DNA from: Nymphaea colorata
Lineage: Eukaryota
Direction: 5' to 3'
Length of the DNA: 64,000 nt
Assembly (NCBI RefSeq): GCF_008831285.2
Contig: NC_045138.2
Location: 4,464,001 to 4,528,000, forward strand
Shown: piece after piece, positions 23,772 to 36,253 of the stretch
How the letters are laid out: each line of letters starts with the position of its first letter
Numbering within the stretch: position 1 is the first letter of the stretch
Program-made: the position numbers and the translations under genes
Notes under the pieces: generated by a model
The model's database searches: none
What the model saw: only the letters and a program-made list of their open reading frames with translations
What the model was told of the DNA's origin: nothing

Positions 23772-25284
23772 AACTACAACAAGATTTATGGCATTCAAAA
23801 AGCGCCACTGAACATCTTTTGTGAGGCATATATAACAAACGCCACGAAAAAGGCCAATGAATGCCCTGGCACTGTTATTATTTTGTGGCATAGCAAAGAA
23901 ACACAATAAATGGATCATGTTGTGCCATTTTATTAGTTCTGTGAAGAGTTTTCAGTGACGCTGGGCTCATGTCATGGTTGAACATTTTTAACATGGGGAT
24001 GAAAGTCATTGAAGGAGCTTTTAGTGGCGCTTTTTAATACTGCAACAAGCTACCATGGCACACCAAAAATACTAGTTGTTAGCTTTTTATGGCAAACTTG
24101 CCGGGCCACTGAAGGTTTTGCATGCCATTATTGACATATTATGCCATTGCTAAACAGGTTTAATGACATATATCAATATAAAAAGTTAATGTCATTAAAA
24201 TAAGGTTTTGGCACAATAAGAACAATGACATAGTGCATATAGATTTTATTTTTTTGAAAATCCAAAGCATATTCGTATGTATATATTTACAAAATTGGGC
24301 TAAGTTGAAAGAGGACAAATATTAAGCGGACAAAAAATGGAAAATAAGAATAAATAGAAAATGCTTAAATTGGTCAGCAGTAGATGTTCCAATTCCCTGC
24401 TTCTCCAACTTATTCCATTTAATCAAACACTCTCTTCAGCTAAAAGTGAAAATGCCCCATTACATCACAAAACAGTAAAGAAAAGAACAGAACTTCGATT
24501 CAATCGTTCAAGCAGTGAGCGACTTAGAAAGACAGTCATGCTTTAGTTCAATGAAATTAAAAGATAACGTACACAAAATGAAATGTCTGTAATGTATACA
24601 TTAGTGTCTACTTAAATGAAATATCTGTAGTGTACACTTTACTCAGTGCATACTTACGGTGAGCAAAGAACACTACTCAGAAGCTAAACCTGCAGAAACA
24701 TGAAAGTATCATCAGAAGTTCTGCTTCAAAATCAACATCTTAAAATAGGTCAGCAGAAAAAGCAAGGCACCTGTATAGACTATATTCATGGCTGTGAAAT
24801 TTTAAGATCGAAACCGGCCATGCCATTGTAAGCAATGGACGCGTAGATCAAGGGATCATCGTAGCTCATGCACCTGTTCTCCATTGATTTCTAAGACATG
24901 CTTCAGAAGCGCATTTTTAAATGGAAACTAGTTATGACACCCCACATCCAAATGACAGAAGCAAGTAGGGGTGAGTAGCGTACTGGGCGGCAAGGTGGTC
25001 CAGCTCTTGTGAGGACTCGTATTCGAATATGGGAGTGGTCACTGTCATGTCCTAGTGTGATCTACCTTTGGACCATCAAAAGGTCCCGAAGCATACTCTG
25101 TGAACCCAGAAGAGCGGGCACAATGGAGGGCTAGTGGTCTCTCTTAGGGGCGGTAGAATGAACCACTCACTATTAAAAAAAGAAGAAAAAAACATGGCAC
25201 CCCATGGTATATATTGCCATAGAAGTGCTTTCTTCAGTAACGTGGCATCAATGGCACGCCATTGAATGCCATAATCATGTAGTA
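23772..25284. mobile_element. Degenerate non-autonomous CACTA-like element
   Basis: Left end (A)ACTACAACAAGATTTATGGCATTCAA; right end TTGAATGCCATAATCATGTAGT(A). These share an exact inverted TTATGGCATTCAA plus ACTACA. GCCAY/RTGGC subterminal repeats are dense at 23790-24220 and 25195-25272. No transposase. Confidence 0.6.
24967..25192 (+). mobile_element. tRNA-derived SINE inside the CACTA-like element
   Basis: A-box-like TAGCGTACTGG (24976-24986), B-box-like TATTCGAATAT ~44 nt downstream, GC-richer body and A-rich tail at ~25175-25192. Confidence 0.55.
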
Positions 25285-25550
25285 TTAAAATATGCTGTTT
25301 CTGAATTAAACAATTGAACATTAAACACAACTGTATCGTGTTTCTTGAGACGATAATATATGATGATTTTGAAACATATGTTATAGTAACATGGGTTTCA
25401 AGAACATAATGTTTTTCTTATCAAATACCCCGTTAAGTCTAGTTCTCCATTATCTATAGAGTCCAAGTCGAATAAAACTTCACTTGTCCAAGTAACAGTT
25501 TGAACCCAAACTTTAGAAGTGCACAAACCTTCTAAAAGTTCAAGTTGTAG

Positions 25551-25706
25551 GGGTTTTTGGGTAGAACTTGGTTTGAGAAAAACCTGGTTTTGACAAAACT
25601 TGTTTCCATAAAAGAGAGTAAAATAAACTAAGTTCATGAAACTCTTTAAAAAAACTTGGTTTTCTTAAAACTAAGTTTTCGTAAAACTGGATTCGTCCAA
25701 ACACCC
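25551..25706. mobile_element. Tourist/Harbinger-like MITE
   Basis: GGGTTTTTGG...CCAAACACCC TIRs with internal AAAACT(T/G)GG(T)TTT repeats; similar ends occur near 2285-2296 and 30077-30274. Confidence 0.5.
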
Positions 25707-26339
25707 TGGGAGGTTTTATTTTCCTAAAAGTTATCGATGCAGATTTAAATCTAAAAATCAGCTTCAAAGAGGACTATTTTGATGTCTGTAAAACAAAGTT
25801 AAATGCAATTATTTTGGAGGTTCAATCATTGTAGTTAAAGTCAGTTTTTAGGTGTCCATATATGGCCTCAATTATGCATTTCCCTCAGTATTTAAATGAC
25901 ATTTATCGTCATAGACTTTAGTAGAAGTAACCTTTAAAGACCAATGCATCGAAATCCACAGATTTGGCAATACTCAGAACGGTAGTTGACATATACAACC
26001 ACTTTAAGAAGATCATCTACAATGGATATTTGTTAGATACTGTTACTAATAATGCATCTTCATTCATCGATCACTCCATCCAAAGAGTGATGAAGTTGGT
26101 GCATTGAAATTTTCCAAACAAAGATAGAAGCTTAACCAAACAAAGAAATCTCTCTCTCTTTCTCTCTCTCTCTCATGCACTATATTCTAACATAATGATT
26201 TCTTGCATTCGAAGTTGCACACTCTTGTACTCATGAATGCATTTTGATTCTTCAATCACTTCGTCCAAAGGGTACTAAAGTTGGTGTATTGAATTTTTCC
26301 TACCAAAGATAGTGAATTGTCTCTACGGTGCTCAACCAA

Positions 26340-26474
<135 letters not shown>

Positions 26475-26659
26475 CTAAGTGAATTTTCTTTTTGTTTGGT
26501 TCTTTTGTACTTGGTGATAGTCTGTCTCCCAATTTTGTAATGAACAAATTGGTACAATTGCATCATTTCTAATAATCTTAGTCTTGGTATAGAGTGCACT
26601 TTTGGTGCTAAAAAATAATGTCAACGTCCTTTGTTTTGCCAAACAAAATGGTACAATTG

Positions 26660-26708
<49 letters not shown>

Positions 26709-27700
26709 CATTTATGAGGATATAAAAAATATTATTTTCTCCCTCAGCTCATACATATGTTATCTTGTTAGATGAATTGATTTCCATTAGTTGGATTAGG
26801 TAAACTGAATAAAATCTAATTTGTACTTTACTTGAGTCTCATTCAGGGTTTTTTTCTAACGGAATCAAACCTGTTTGGGAATAAAGGATAAAAAGACCTA
26901 TTCAACCCTGCCATTCAGCAGATCCGACTTTTTAATGGTATTACTGGCCTTATAAAAAGACCTAATGGGCGGGCTAATCTCGTAAACAGCAAAGTAAGAC
27001 CTAATTTTTATCATATGAACTAATTTGTGTTGCATATATATATATAGAAAAACTGAATGACAACTCTTACTCTTTATAGAGTCATTCTGTTAGATAAGGG
27101 TCGTTTAATTTATAATGGACTGTTAACAGAAAAAAAAAAGGTGATCAATATATTCATCACCTAGTATTAATTTTTACTTATTTTTTATGTTTTTCTCTCA
27201 ACCATCCATTTATATTTGATGAACGGCCATAATAGATGGCTAGGTGACTATAGATAGACAGAGTCACCGTTCACTCGTACCAAACCACTTAAGCAACGGA
27301 TAAAAACCAAACCTGGTAAAAATTCATGTTAAAAAATATTAAACAAAATGTGAAACCTTTTAATGTATTTATAAACACTAATTTAACTATTAATGCATTC
27401 ATAAACACTAATATACATTATCAAGATCTTGACGTTATAAGTGTCATTCATTTTTGTATTATTAGAAAAACATTATCTATGTAAGAAAATGACTAACTTA
27501 ATATATGCTTCTCATCAAATCACTCTTAAGATCATATCTATAAGCTTAGATTGTCAAAATAATATTTTAATAATTAATTTTAATAAGTCTGGTTTTTGTC
27601 TCTTACCCAAATGGTCTGGTACCAACTTTTATATATTTAAGATATAGATAAGAAAGGAGGCTATTGGTTCCTCTAAAGGTTCCTCTAAAGCAGTAACCTA

Positions 27701-27804
27701 TTCTCCTCACCGTTAAACCAAACATGGCATAACATTTCCGATAAATATATTTTCTCCTCACCGTTAAACCAAACATGGCATAACATTTCCGATAAATATA
27801 TTTT
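27701..27804. repeat. Perfect 51-bp tandem duplication
   Basis: TTCTCCTCACCGTTAAACCAAACATGGCATAACATTTCCGATAAATATATT starts at 27701 and 27752. Confidence 0.95.
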
Positions 27805-28109
27805 GTCAGTTTTGCATTTTGAATATATATATATATATATATATCACTGTTGAAAAGATTCGTTATGAGTTGGAAAGAGAGACTTGTATCAGCACATGCT
27901 CCGGAATTAATGTCACAATCAGCAACAGTTTCGGAGGCCAACTTTAATGAACTATAAAAAGGAATGGAAAAAGCAGAAAAAGAAAAAAAATCGATAACCC
28001 ACGCGTTTTCCTTTTGAATTACAATTTCACCCCATCCGTTTTCTTTTTAATCGTACAAAGCACTCGTATTTCTCACTATTTATGAAAAACACTTAAACTT
28101 CACCGATCA

Positions 28110-28474
28110 AGGTTACCATTGGATATCCTACCGATTTGATCCAAAAGAATTGGATATAGAAAAAAATTAATATCTCATTAATAAATCTGATTGAATTCAG
28201 ATTTAATAAATGACATGTGATCGAAATTGGATTTGGATATACATAAATATCCGATTGGATTCGGATTGGATTCATTTTTAAACAAATATTCAATAACTAA
28301 TGCTATTAAAATTTGAAAACTGGCAAAATCCGGTTCAAAATTCGGTTCGGATTTGGATTTGGATTAAGATATGACTTTTTTATATTCGAATTCGAATCTA
28401 AATATGTAAATATCCAAAAAAGCGGATATGATTAAAGATATATCTGATCTGAATCCGATCCATTGACATCTTTA
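28110..28474. mobile_element. hAT-like MITE family rich in TCGGAT/ATCCGA motifs
   Basis: Ends GATCCATTGACATCTTTA. The same end occurs at 46116 and, inverted, at 32481 (TAGAGATGTCAATGGAT). Left boundary approximate. Confidence 0.6.
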
Positions 28475-31400
28475 ATTTCTATACACTTTGGATCAAGAAC
28501 AACTAAAATCCAAAACCCATAACTATTTCATAGCCTACTAGATCTGGATTCATTTTGAACCCAATCCATTACCCCAACCCTGATTCGTACATGGAGTTGT
28601 TGATAAAAGCAGTATGGATCCGTATAAGTTCAGATTTATTATGTACCTTGTCTGGTTCGAAGACATATTCAATCTTGATGCTTGTTGTGCACAGGGACAG
28701 AGCGAGGATTTTTTTCTTGGAAAAACAAAAGTAAGAATGTCAACGGATCATAATTGAATCAAATTTATCTTTAATCGCATCTGTTTTTTTTTTTTTTTTT
28801 TTTTTGATAGTTACATATTCAGATTCAAATTCAAATAATGAAAGGTCATATCTAAATTCAATTTTTGAACGAATCTGACCGATTTCTTTTAGAAGGACGG
28901 AGGACCCTTGCCTCTGCTTTCGCAGACTGGACCCAAAACTTAATTGGAGAGGGATCCAATTAAGTTTGAGTAAGCAGGGTAGACAGGAAGAGCCAACAGG
29001 TTGGACTCCCTCCGTGTTTGACTGGGTCCAGAACTGGACCCAAACTGAAGTGCTAGCGTTCCCAGATCTGGATCTAGACTCTGGGACCAACGTTTAAATA
29101 TTGGACTTCCCTTCTTTCTCACAGAACTTTATGGGTTGGGTATGGAAGGAATCGAATCCGACCCATTTGAAACCGGCGGCACATATTAAAATATATTTGC
29201 GCACAGAAAGTTGGCCGCCAAATAACGAAGTTTAGAGTCTTAAATTGTCGGCTCATGAACACACACACATATATATATATACACACATATGTGTGTCAAG
29301 TCCCGGAAACAGGCATAAACCCCGAAGGCCGGGATAGTGGTCCTAAAGTTTTCTAGAGACAAAATCTCTCAGTCCGAATTAGACATATCAAACCGCCGGA
29401 CATATGGACAACACCTAAAGACAGACAGGATTTATTAGCTTTGAAAATAAATTCCAAGCGAAAAAGTTTCCCAGCAGACTTGGGTCTTCCTTTAAAATAA
29501 AGAAAGAAATCTTTGTCATCGTCGTTTGGTGGCACATTATTTTCTTCCCACCTTTGACTTCCCGTTCACGTTTGAATGGGAATCTTAGTCATCGACGTGA
29601 GCCTCTCATTCACAAGCAAAGTCCTCATAGATATGATTGTGGGTCCCACTCATTTCTGGCAATATTTATTTGTTTGTTGAGTTTTTCTTTGAGAAAAGAA
29701 GGGGCCTGAAGTTTCTGATTTTCCTGAAGCAGGTCCCACATTTTCTGGTAATCACCAAATGGCGGCTCTTTTTACTGGGGAACTGGCAAGCATCAAGGCC
29801 ATGTCAGCTTCAGACGCTTTTATTTTTTTTGTTTCATATCAAGTGAACATTTTTTCCATTTGTTATCTGAATCGGCAGGCTGTTTCTGATCAAAACTGTG
29901 CCAAATTCAGTGGCGGATTCAACAGTGTGTTTATTTACCGCGGATATGAGATCACCAAGGTCCTGGATTTTGAATCCGGGGATTCAAGATTACTTTTAGG
30001 TTGCATTTATTTACCACAAGTATAAGATCACCGAGAATCTCATATCCATTGGTAAGTATTGACCTGATCAATCATGGGGTCCATTTGATTCACACGAAGT
30101 TTTTTGCATGGTAAAACTATCAATGTATGAAAGGAAGAAATTTTCGTGAAAAAAAGTCAGACCTAAACGTGGGATGTTTTTTCGAATTCAACGAAAAACG
30201 CATGGTAAAATTCTATGCATTTGATGCTGCGAGAGAAAACCACATAGTATTTTTCTTGTACATCAAACAGGGCCTTGAATTCTTAGTTAAACCCTTGCAC
30301 TGAGTGGAGAGGGAAGGAACAATGAACATAAAGGGTCGGCATGTTATAATTGCGGGATCCCTTTTCAATGGGAATTAAATTGGCTCTAAGGTTCGAACTG
30401 AGTCGTGTTCGAGTTCTAATTCAGCAGTAACTAAACGAGTCAACCCGAGCAACTCCAGCTCGGCTAGTTTAGCAAAAGACTTGCTCAACTCATTGTTCTG
30501 CCCTATTCTTGACAACACATTGATATGTGTCAGAGCCTGGGTAGGGAAGTGGTGCACCATCGACATCCTCGGTGTTGTGACCCACTTAGTAAGGTCTAGG
30601 AACATATTGCTTATCGAAATCAAAATGAAAAAGCACAGTAATCTCGGCACTTTTACCTGACCAGCTACATTATGCCACTTGAAACAAACAGCATGAGACA
30701 ATATTAGCCCAATAATTGGTGCCAATAAATTCAAACAGGTTTGGTGGTAGACCGACCCTGGTGAAATAGTGTTTTTCCTGTGTATTTTAACCAAGTAGAA
30801 AAAGTGGATCTATCTTTCACAAACTTTCTTTACTCGGTTATAAATGTAGAAAGATAGTACACTGGTGAAACAAGACATTGATTTTTTGACGTATGCATTT
30901 AATGGCCAATAGTACTAACGCTATTCATGCAATGAAGTTTACAATTTTTATGTCGCCCATAGGGACAAAAATTATATTTAAAAAATATATTTTTGAAAAA
31001 TAAAAAAATAATGTAGATGAAAATTTTAGAACGTTAGTAAAATATTCGAGAAATTGACACGCGACATTTTTTAATTGAATTAAATCTGATTGCTACCTAT
31101 TTGAATTAAAGATGCGACCTATCACACATTTGTGTCCGACCAGTTACACTATGTTTCTTAACTTAAAAGCATGCATACCTAAACATTATACCCAACAAAT
31201 TCAAGGGGTTTGGTATGCGAACAGACATAGCTCAAATAGTGCTTTTCCAGTGTATTTTCATCAATGAAAAAATTTGGATCTTGCTTTGAGTAACTTTTTT
31301 TTACTCGATTATGAATATAAGGAATAATGGAGAAAAAATACACTGATTTTTGAAAAATTAGTGAACTTGCTAATTCAAAAATTATCAAAGAGATGAATTT

Positions 31401-31964
31401 TGAAAAATACAGAAATAATATAATTAAAAAAAAGAAAAAATATTTAGCAAAATATTTTGAAAATGGACACATGACACTGCTTAATCGAATCAAATCTGTT
31501 TGCCACCTATTGGATTTGAATCTGCTCGGTCTGACAATATAGATTGTCCCAAGGGTTTTCTTGTATTGGCTCGTGTTAGTGGCTGGTCTCTAGTTCAAAT
31601 CACATTGGCCTCAGCACCTTGCTCACCAAGTCATATGGATATTAGTATCAAGATATTGGTATGGAATGACCATTTTAAAATTTATAGATACAAAGGTACA
31701 ACCAGGTGTGTGTGTGTAAATTCCACAAAAAATATGCAAATTTTCATAAGAAATATGAAAAAAATCACAAGTATGCATAATTTCCAAAGTTCCACATAAA
31801 AAACTGCAAATTATACAAAAAAAAAAGGACTTGCAAGAATCAAAAGTGTCATGTTCAACCACGTCTCTGCACCCATGTCGGCATGTCAACATTGGTATAT
31901 AGTTTATATATATATATATATAAAGTATCCAAGACTTAAACTTCTTGTATTCCAAAAAAAGGAG

Positions 31965-32050
31965 TCAAGCGACTCTATATCTTATAAAAACAAAAAATTG
32001 TATCTTATCAAGCGACTCTATATCTTATAAAAACAAAAAATTGTATCTTA
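31965..32050. repeat. Perfect 43-bp tandem duplication
   Basis: TCAAGCGACTCTATATCTTATAAAAACAAAAAATTGTATCTTA starts at 31965 and 32008. Confidence 0.95.
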
Positions 32051-32718
32051 TAAAGACAAAGAATTGGGCGGGAACACACATTAAATTACGGGAAAAAGTT
32101 TAGCCCTAAGTTTGGGAAAAAAATATTCATGACATTAATTGCTCCAACTATGCAGTGAAGACTTTTAGTATGAGAAATTATTGCAGGGAGGGATGAGAAG
32201 GGGGAGGATCTTCGTCCTCTGTTTGGAACAAACATTGCGTTCCTATTAAATTGCAAAAGTTTCTGTTCAGAACAATAACTAATCGCTTGACTGCACTGTT
32301 CGGCACGTGCCAAGGACAGAAACAAAAGTTTTTCCCCTCCCCTCTCGTGGGCTGCAAACGGATCGGGTATGGTTCACATAATGCTTGACAAAATAGATTG
32401 AAATCTTTGTTTCACTTTTTGTGATAATGTTTTCCCCTTTAAAGATTTCAAATTAAAATTAGTTAAAATAGAATTGGGAGTAGAGATGTCAATGGATTGA
32501 ATTTGAATCAGATATCTAACCAAATTACTTTCGATATAAAAAAAAAAAGAAAAAAAAACTTATATTTGATTAAGAACTCATATAAACTTCCGATTTTAGA
32601 AAACGACACCTCCTGGATTTGGTTTCTGTTCTAAATAATATTCTTATCCTGATTTGAATTTTGATTTAGTTTAAAATAGACATTGTGTATACAACATCCA
32701 TATATTATGGAAGTTGGT

Positions 32719-33032
32719 CACTTAAAAAGACACATTTTTACTGACGCTCTATTCGAAGCATTTAGTGAAAGTCGAACATTCACTAACGCGATGCCTAAAA
32801 TGTCAAAGTTGGTCAACATTAGCGAAGCAATATATGAAACGCATCAGTGAAGTGTTTCGTTTCTTCACAAGGACGACATCACTAACGTTCAGCAAGTGTC
32901 AGTAAACGTCCAAAGAAATTCCTTTGGCCTTAACGTCCCAAAGGGTCAATGAAATCTCTACTGACCATTTTCTTTTAATTTTACTGACGATTATTTAGCG
33001 TCACTAAAACTTTTTTTTTTTTTTTTGGTGTG
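32719..33032. mobile_element. Short CACTA-like element nested in a TCGGAT-family MITE remnant (~32481-33150)
   Basis: Left CACTTAAAAAG...TTTTACTGACGCT; right AGCGTCACTAAAA...TTTTGGTGTG; repeated ACT(G/A)ACG and GTCAGT subterminal motifs. Confidence 0.5.
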
Positions 33033-34471
33033 GATCTCTTTCGGAACTTCGGATCATATTTGGATCTTCGATTTAAAATTCAGATTAAGATACAGAATTA
33101 GACTTTTTTTCATTATAATTCAAACTCTGATTCTGAAAATGATTCGAACCTAACAAACGGCCCATCCTCTTGGAATTATCATGAGAGTGACCCTTCTAGA
33201 AGGGAGAATTGAAATAATTGAGTAACTGAAAAAGAGGGGACAGGATAAAAGGGGATGCATCTTCCAACACAGCGTCAGAAAATGAAGTGTGAAAATTTGA
33301 CTCGGGCTTTTTTCTCCAGCTTCTAGAGAAGTTTTTGACAACTCACTCAGAAGGTGAGGCTAAAAAACTTTCAAAAAGCACTCAATATTTTTTCTTTTAA
33401 TGTGACAGAGTCTTGTTCACAAGTTGCCCCGTTTCATATTTAAGAAGCAGACACAACTGATTTTTTTTTTTAATTAATCTGTCTTTTACTATAATGAGAT
33501 TCAATTGCCAGGACTCTCACCTTAGCTGAATTTCTTGTCAATCAGTCATATGTATTAAAACAATTATGTTAAAATTATAATATAAGACTAAATAAAATAC
33601 AAAATGTGACAACGATATTTTGAAAATAATTAAAAGCTGATGCGTGGCACTCTTAAACACTCACACATTGCATTTAAATACATGACGGAGACGTAAAAAC
33701 AAAAAAGATAGAGAGAGAGAGGGAGGGAGAGACGATAAAATAGAAATGCATAACAAAATTTAGGGACAAAAAGTTCTTTAAATACAAGAACAAAATAGAA
33801 GAACGAAATATACAAGATAGCAGCACGATAAAATAAAATAAGAGGGGTGTGAAGAGAGTGGATAGATGAAGCAAGAAGCAACAGAGTCACCCAACAACAA
33901 ACGAAAGATGGTGCCGTAGCCGAATAGCAAAGTGGATATTCCTTTGCACAAGGTGTGCCATAAAATCCAACAATGTGATGGTGCTCTTGAAGACCCTGTT
34001 GTTGAGAGAGAGAAAGAGAAATTATAATTAAAGCTCTCAATTATAGACAAAGTCATAACCGAACGCCTTTCTTGAGTGGGAAAGAAACTCATTCTTTTCC
34101 CCAAAAACTTGTACAGAAGATTATATCTTCGGGTCCTAACATTCTCCATTGGATCTTAAAACTCCTATAAGGTCAAGGGTCCTAACACAAGCAGTGTGTT
34201 AGGATTCAAAAATGACAAAAATGTTTTAATTAAATGACGAAAACATCTTTCCTTTTCATTTTCAGGCCTTTAACTGATTCAAATCTGATCCATTTCGATT
34301 CACTAGTCTGAGATGTCCTTTTCTCGAGAGCAGAGATTTTTTTTGTGGTCGTAAGGCCCACACAAACATTTTTCACCCAAAAGATCTCCACTATCGTCCT
34401 TCAAACAAGTCTTTCACATTCCTCGTCGGCTCGGTTGTCATTTTCAGGGTGAAAAAAGTGGTTTTTTTGTA

Positions 34472-34498
34472 GACATCCGATAAAATTGGAACGATACA
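34472..34498 (+). pseudogene. U6 snRNA 5'-region fragment (27 nt)
   Basis: GACATCCGATAAAATTGGAACGATACA matches, from memory, plant U6 at about nt 12-38. It diverges within the ACAGAGA box and lacks the 5' stem start and a properly placed USE/TATA. Confidence 0.75.
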
Positions 34499-36011
34499 TG
34501 ATATAATGTCATATACTGAGGCTTGATTTGTCTTAATCTCTTTTCTTTTGATAACAATGCAGACAGCTCATGTAAGATGGTTGCAGATATGGATTCACCA
34601 TTCAAATTATCTCTTTCCAAATTCTTCAGATCTCATTGAGAAGGACATAATGCTATGGATATCAACACAACCAAAATTTTTTCATGAGACAGACAAAATT
34701 AACGTTTCTAAATCTTGACTAGGGCCGAAATATCATTTTTCAAAATTTTTATATAAAACAAGTAAAATTGTTTAGAATTTACACGTAAATTTAAAAAAAA
34801 AATCTTGAAGTGGCGCCTATCTTTCCTCCACCCCTGGATCAAATAATCTAGAAACTAAAAATATTTCTATGGAAAGACTTGTCACCGTCACCAGAAAACG
34901 ATTTTGCGGCAATGGGCGTTTGTCAATCCACAACAAACAGGTACCATCATCTTAAAACTGATCAAGAACTGAAAATGAACCAAGATGAATGAAAGACAGA
35001 TGGCTCTCTAGCACCTAACAAGCATTTATTCTACATCATGTGTGCCTAAGATAGGTAAGGCTTTTCAACATGTCACTTGTCCAAAACAACATTTCTTTAC
35101 TTTGCTAGTTCTCCTTCTAAATTATGCATATTAAAAGACATATGATATAAGAACAACATTATGTTTTTGGAATACATGCTTACAAGACACATGATTCAAA
35201 AAACACCATATGTTTACTAGGAAAATATAATATAATTCTTGACATTATTTCTAGACTCACTAATTAAACTCTATATACAATCATATAATGTTCCTTAAAA
35301 CAAGAACTCTGTTGTCTTAAAACATATGTCACAATAATATGTGTTCCAAGAACATAATAATCTTCTTAACAAACATCGGTAAAAAAAAAAAAAAAAAAAC
35401 GCGTTTGTCCCAACAGGTCACGAGGGTTTGCCGCGATGTTCCTTTCAAGAGCTTGTCCTTGTATCCTATCGTGGGGGTCCACGTGCTCAAGAACGGGAAG
35501 ACAAGAGAGACAGATGGTGCCGTCCCGAACCGTTCCGAACATAAAAAATAGAAAGTTTTTTTGCACGTTAATCACCGAAATATTGTCATTTATATCAAAA
35601 CAAGGCTTGCAAGAACACCACAAGCACACCATGCTTCTAACTTAACGAGAAAGAGTAAGGTGTCCGAATACTTATTTTTATTCATTTTATAAAAATCGCA
35701 CTATAAATACAAACGTGAAATGAAAAGACTTATTTTTATAGGCGATAATTTCCTTGCCGTTTTTTTATTTTTATTTTTCTTTTCTTTTGCATCTAGATTA
35801 CTTCTCTGGCGGGCTTGCCACGACTGACGCCTTCATTTTCGTCGTTTGGCGTCGCGCATTGGGCCAGATTGGAAATTACGTGAACGCAAAGACACATAGA
35901 GATAGAGAGAGAGAGAGAGAGATGACTTTTTATTTACGCAACCTTTTAATTTAAATAAATGTAGACTTCCAAATGGGCGCCTGTCCTTATTGTATCTGGA
36001 CAAAATGCAGC

Positions 36012-36253
36012 CTCTGACTTGTTTGCATGTGGATAAGATTTTTCTGTTCTTGGCTAAATGGATATAACCACTTGAGTCTCTGACTTGTTTGCATTATGAT
36101 AAGATTTTCGTCTTTTTTTAATAGATAAACATGGCTAAAAGTTTAGATCTAGATGGATATTATAACCCCCTGAACTTGTTTGCATTTGAATAAGATTTTT
36201 TTTTTCTCTTTTTACATATAAAATATGGCTAGCAGATTAAATCTAAATGGATA
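36012..36253. repeat. Three diverged tandem units
   Basis: ACTTGTTTGCAT...ATAAGATTTT...TGGCTA...ATGGATA occurs three times, starting near 36012, 36078 and 36170. Confidence 0.8.
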
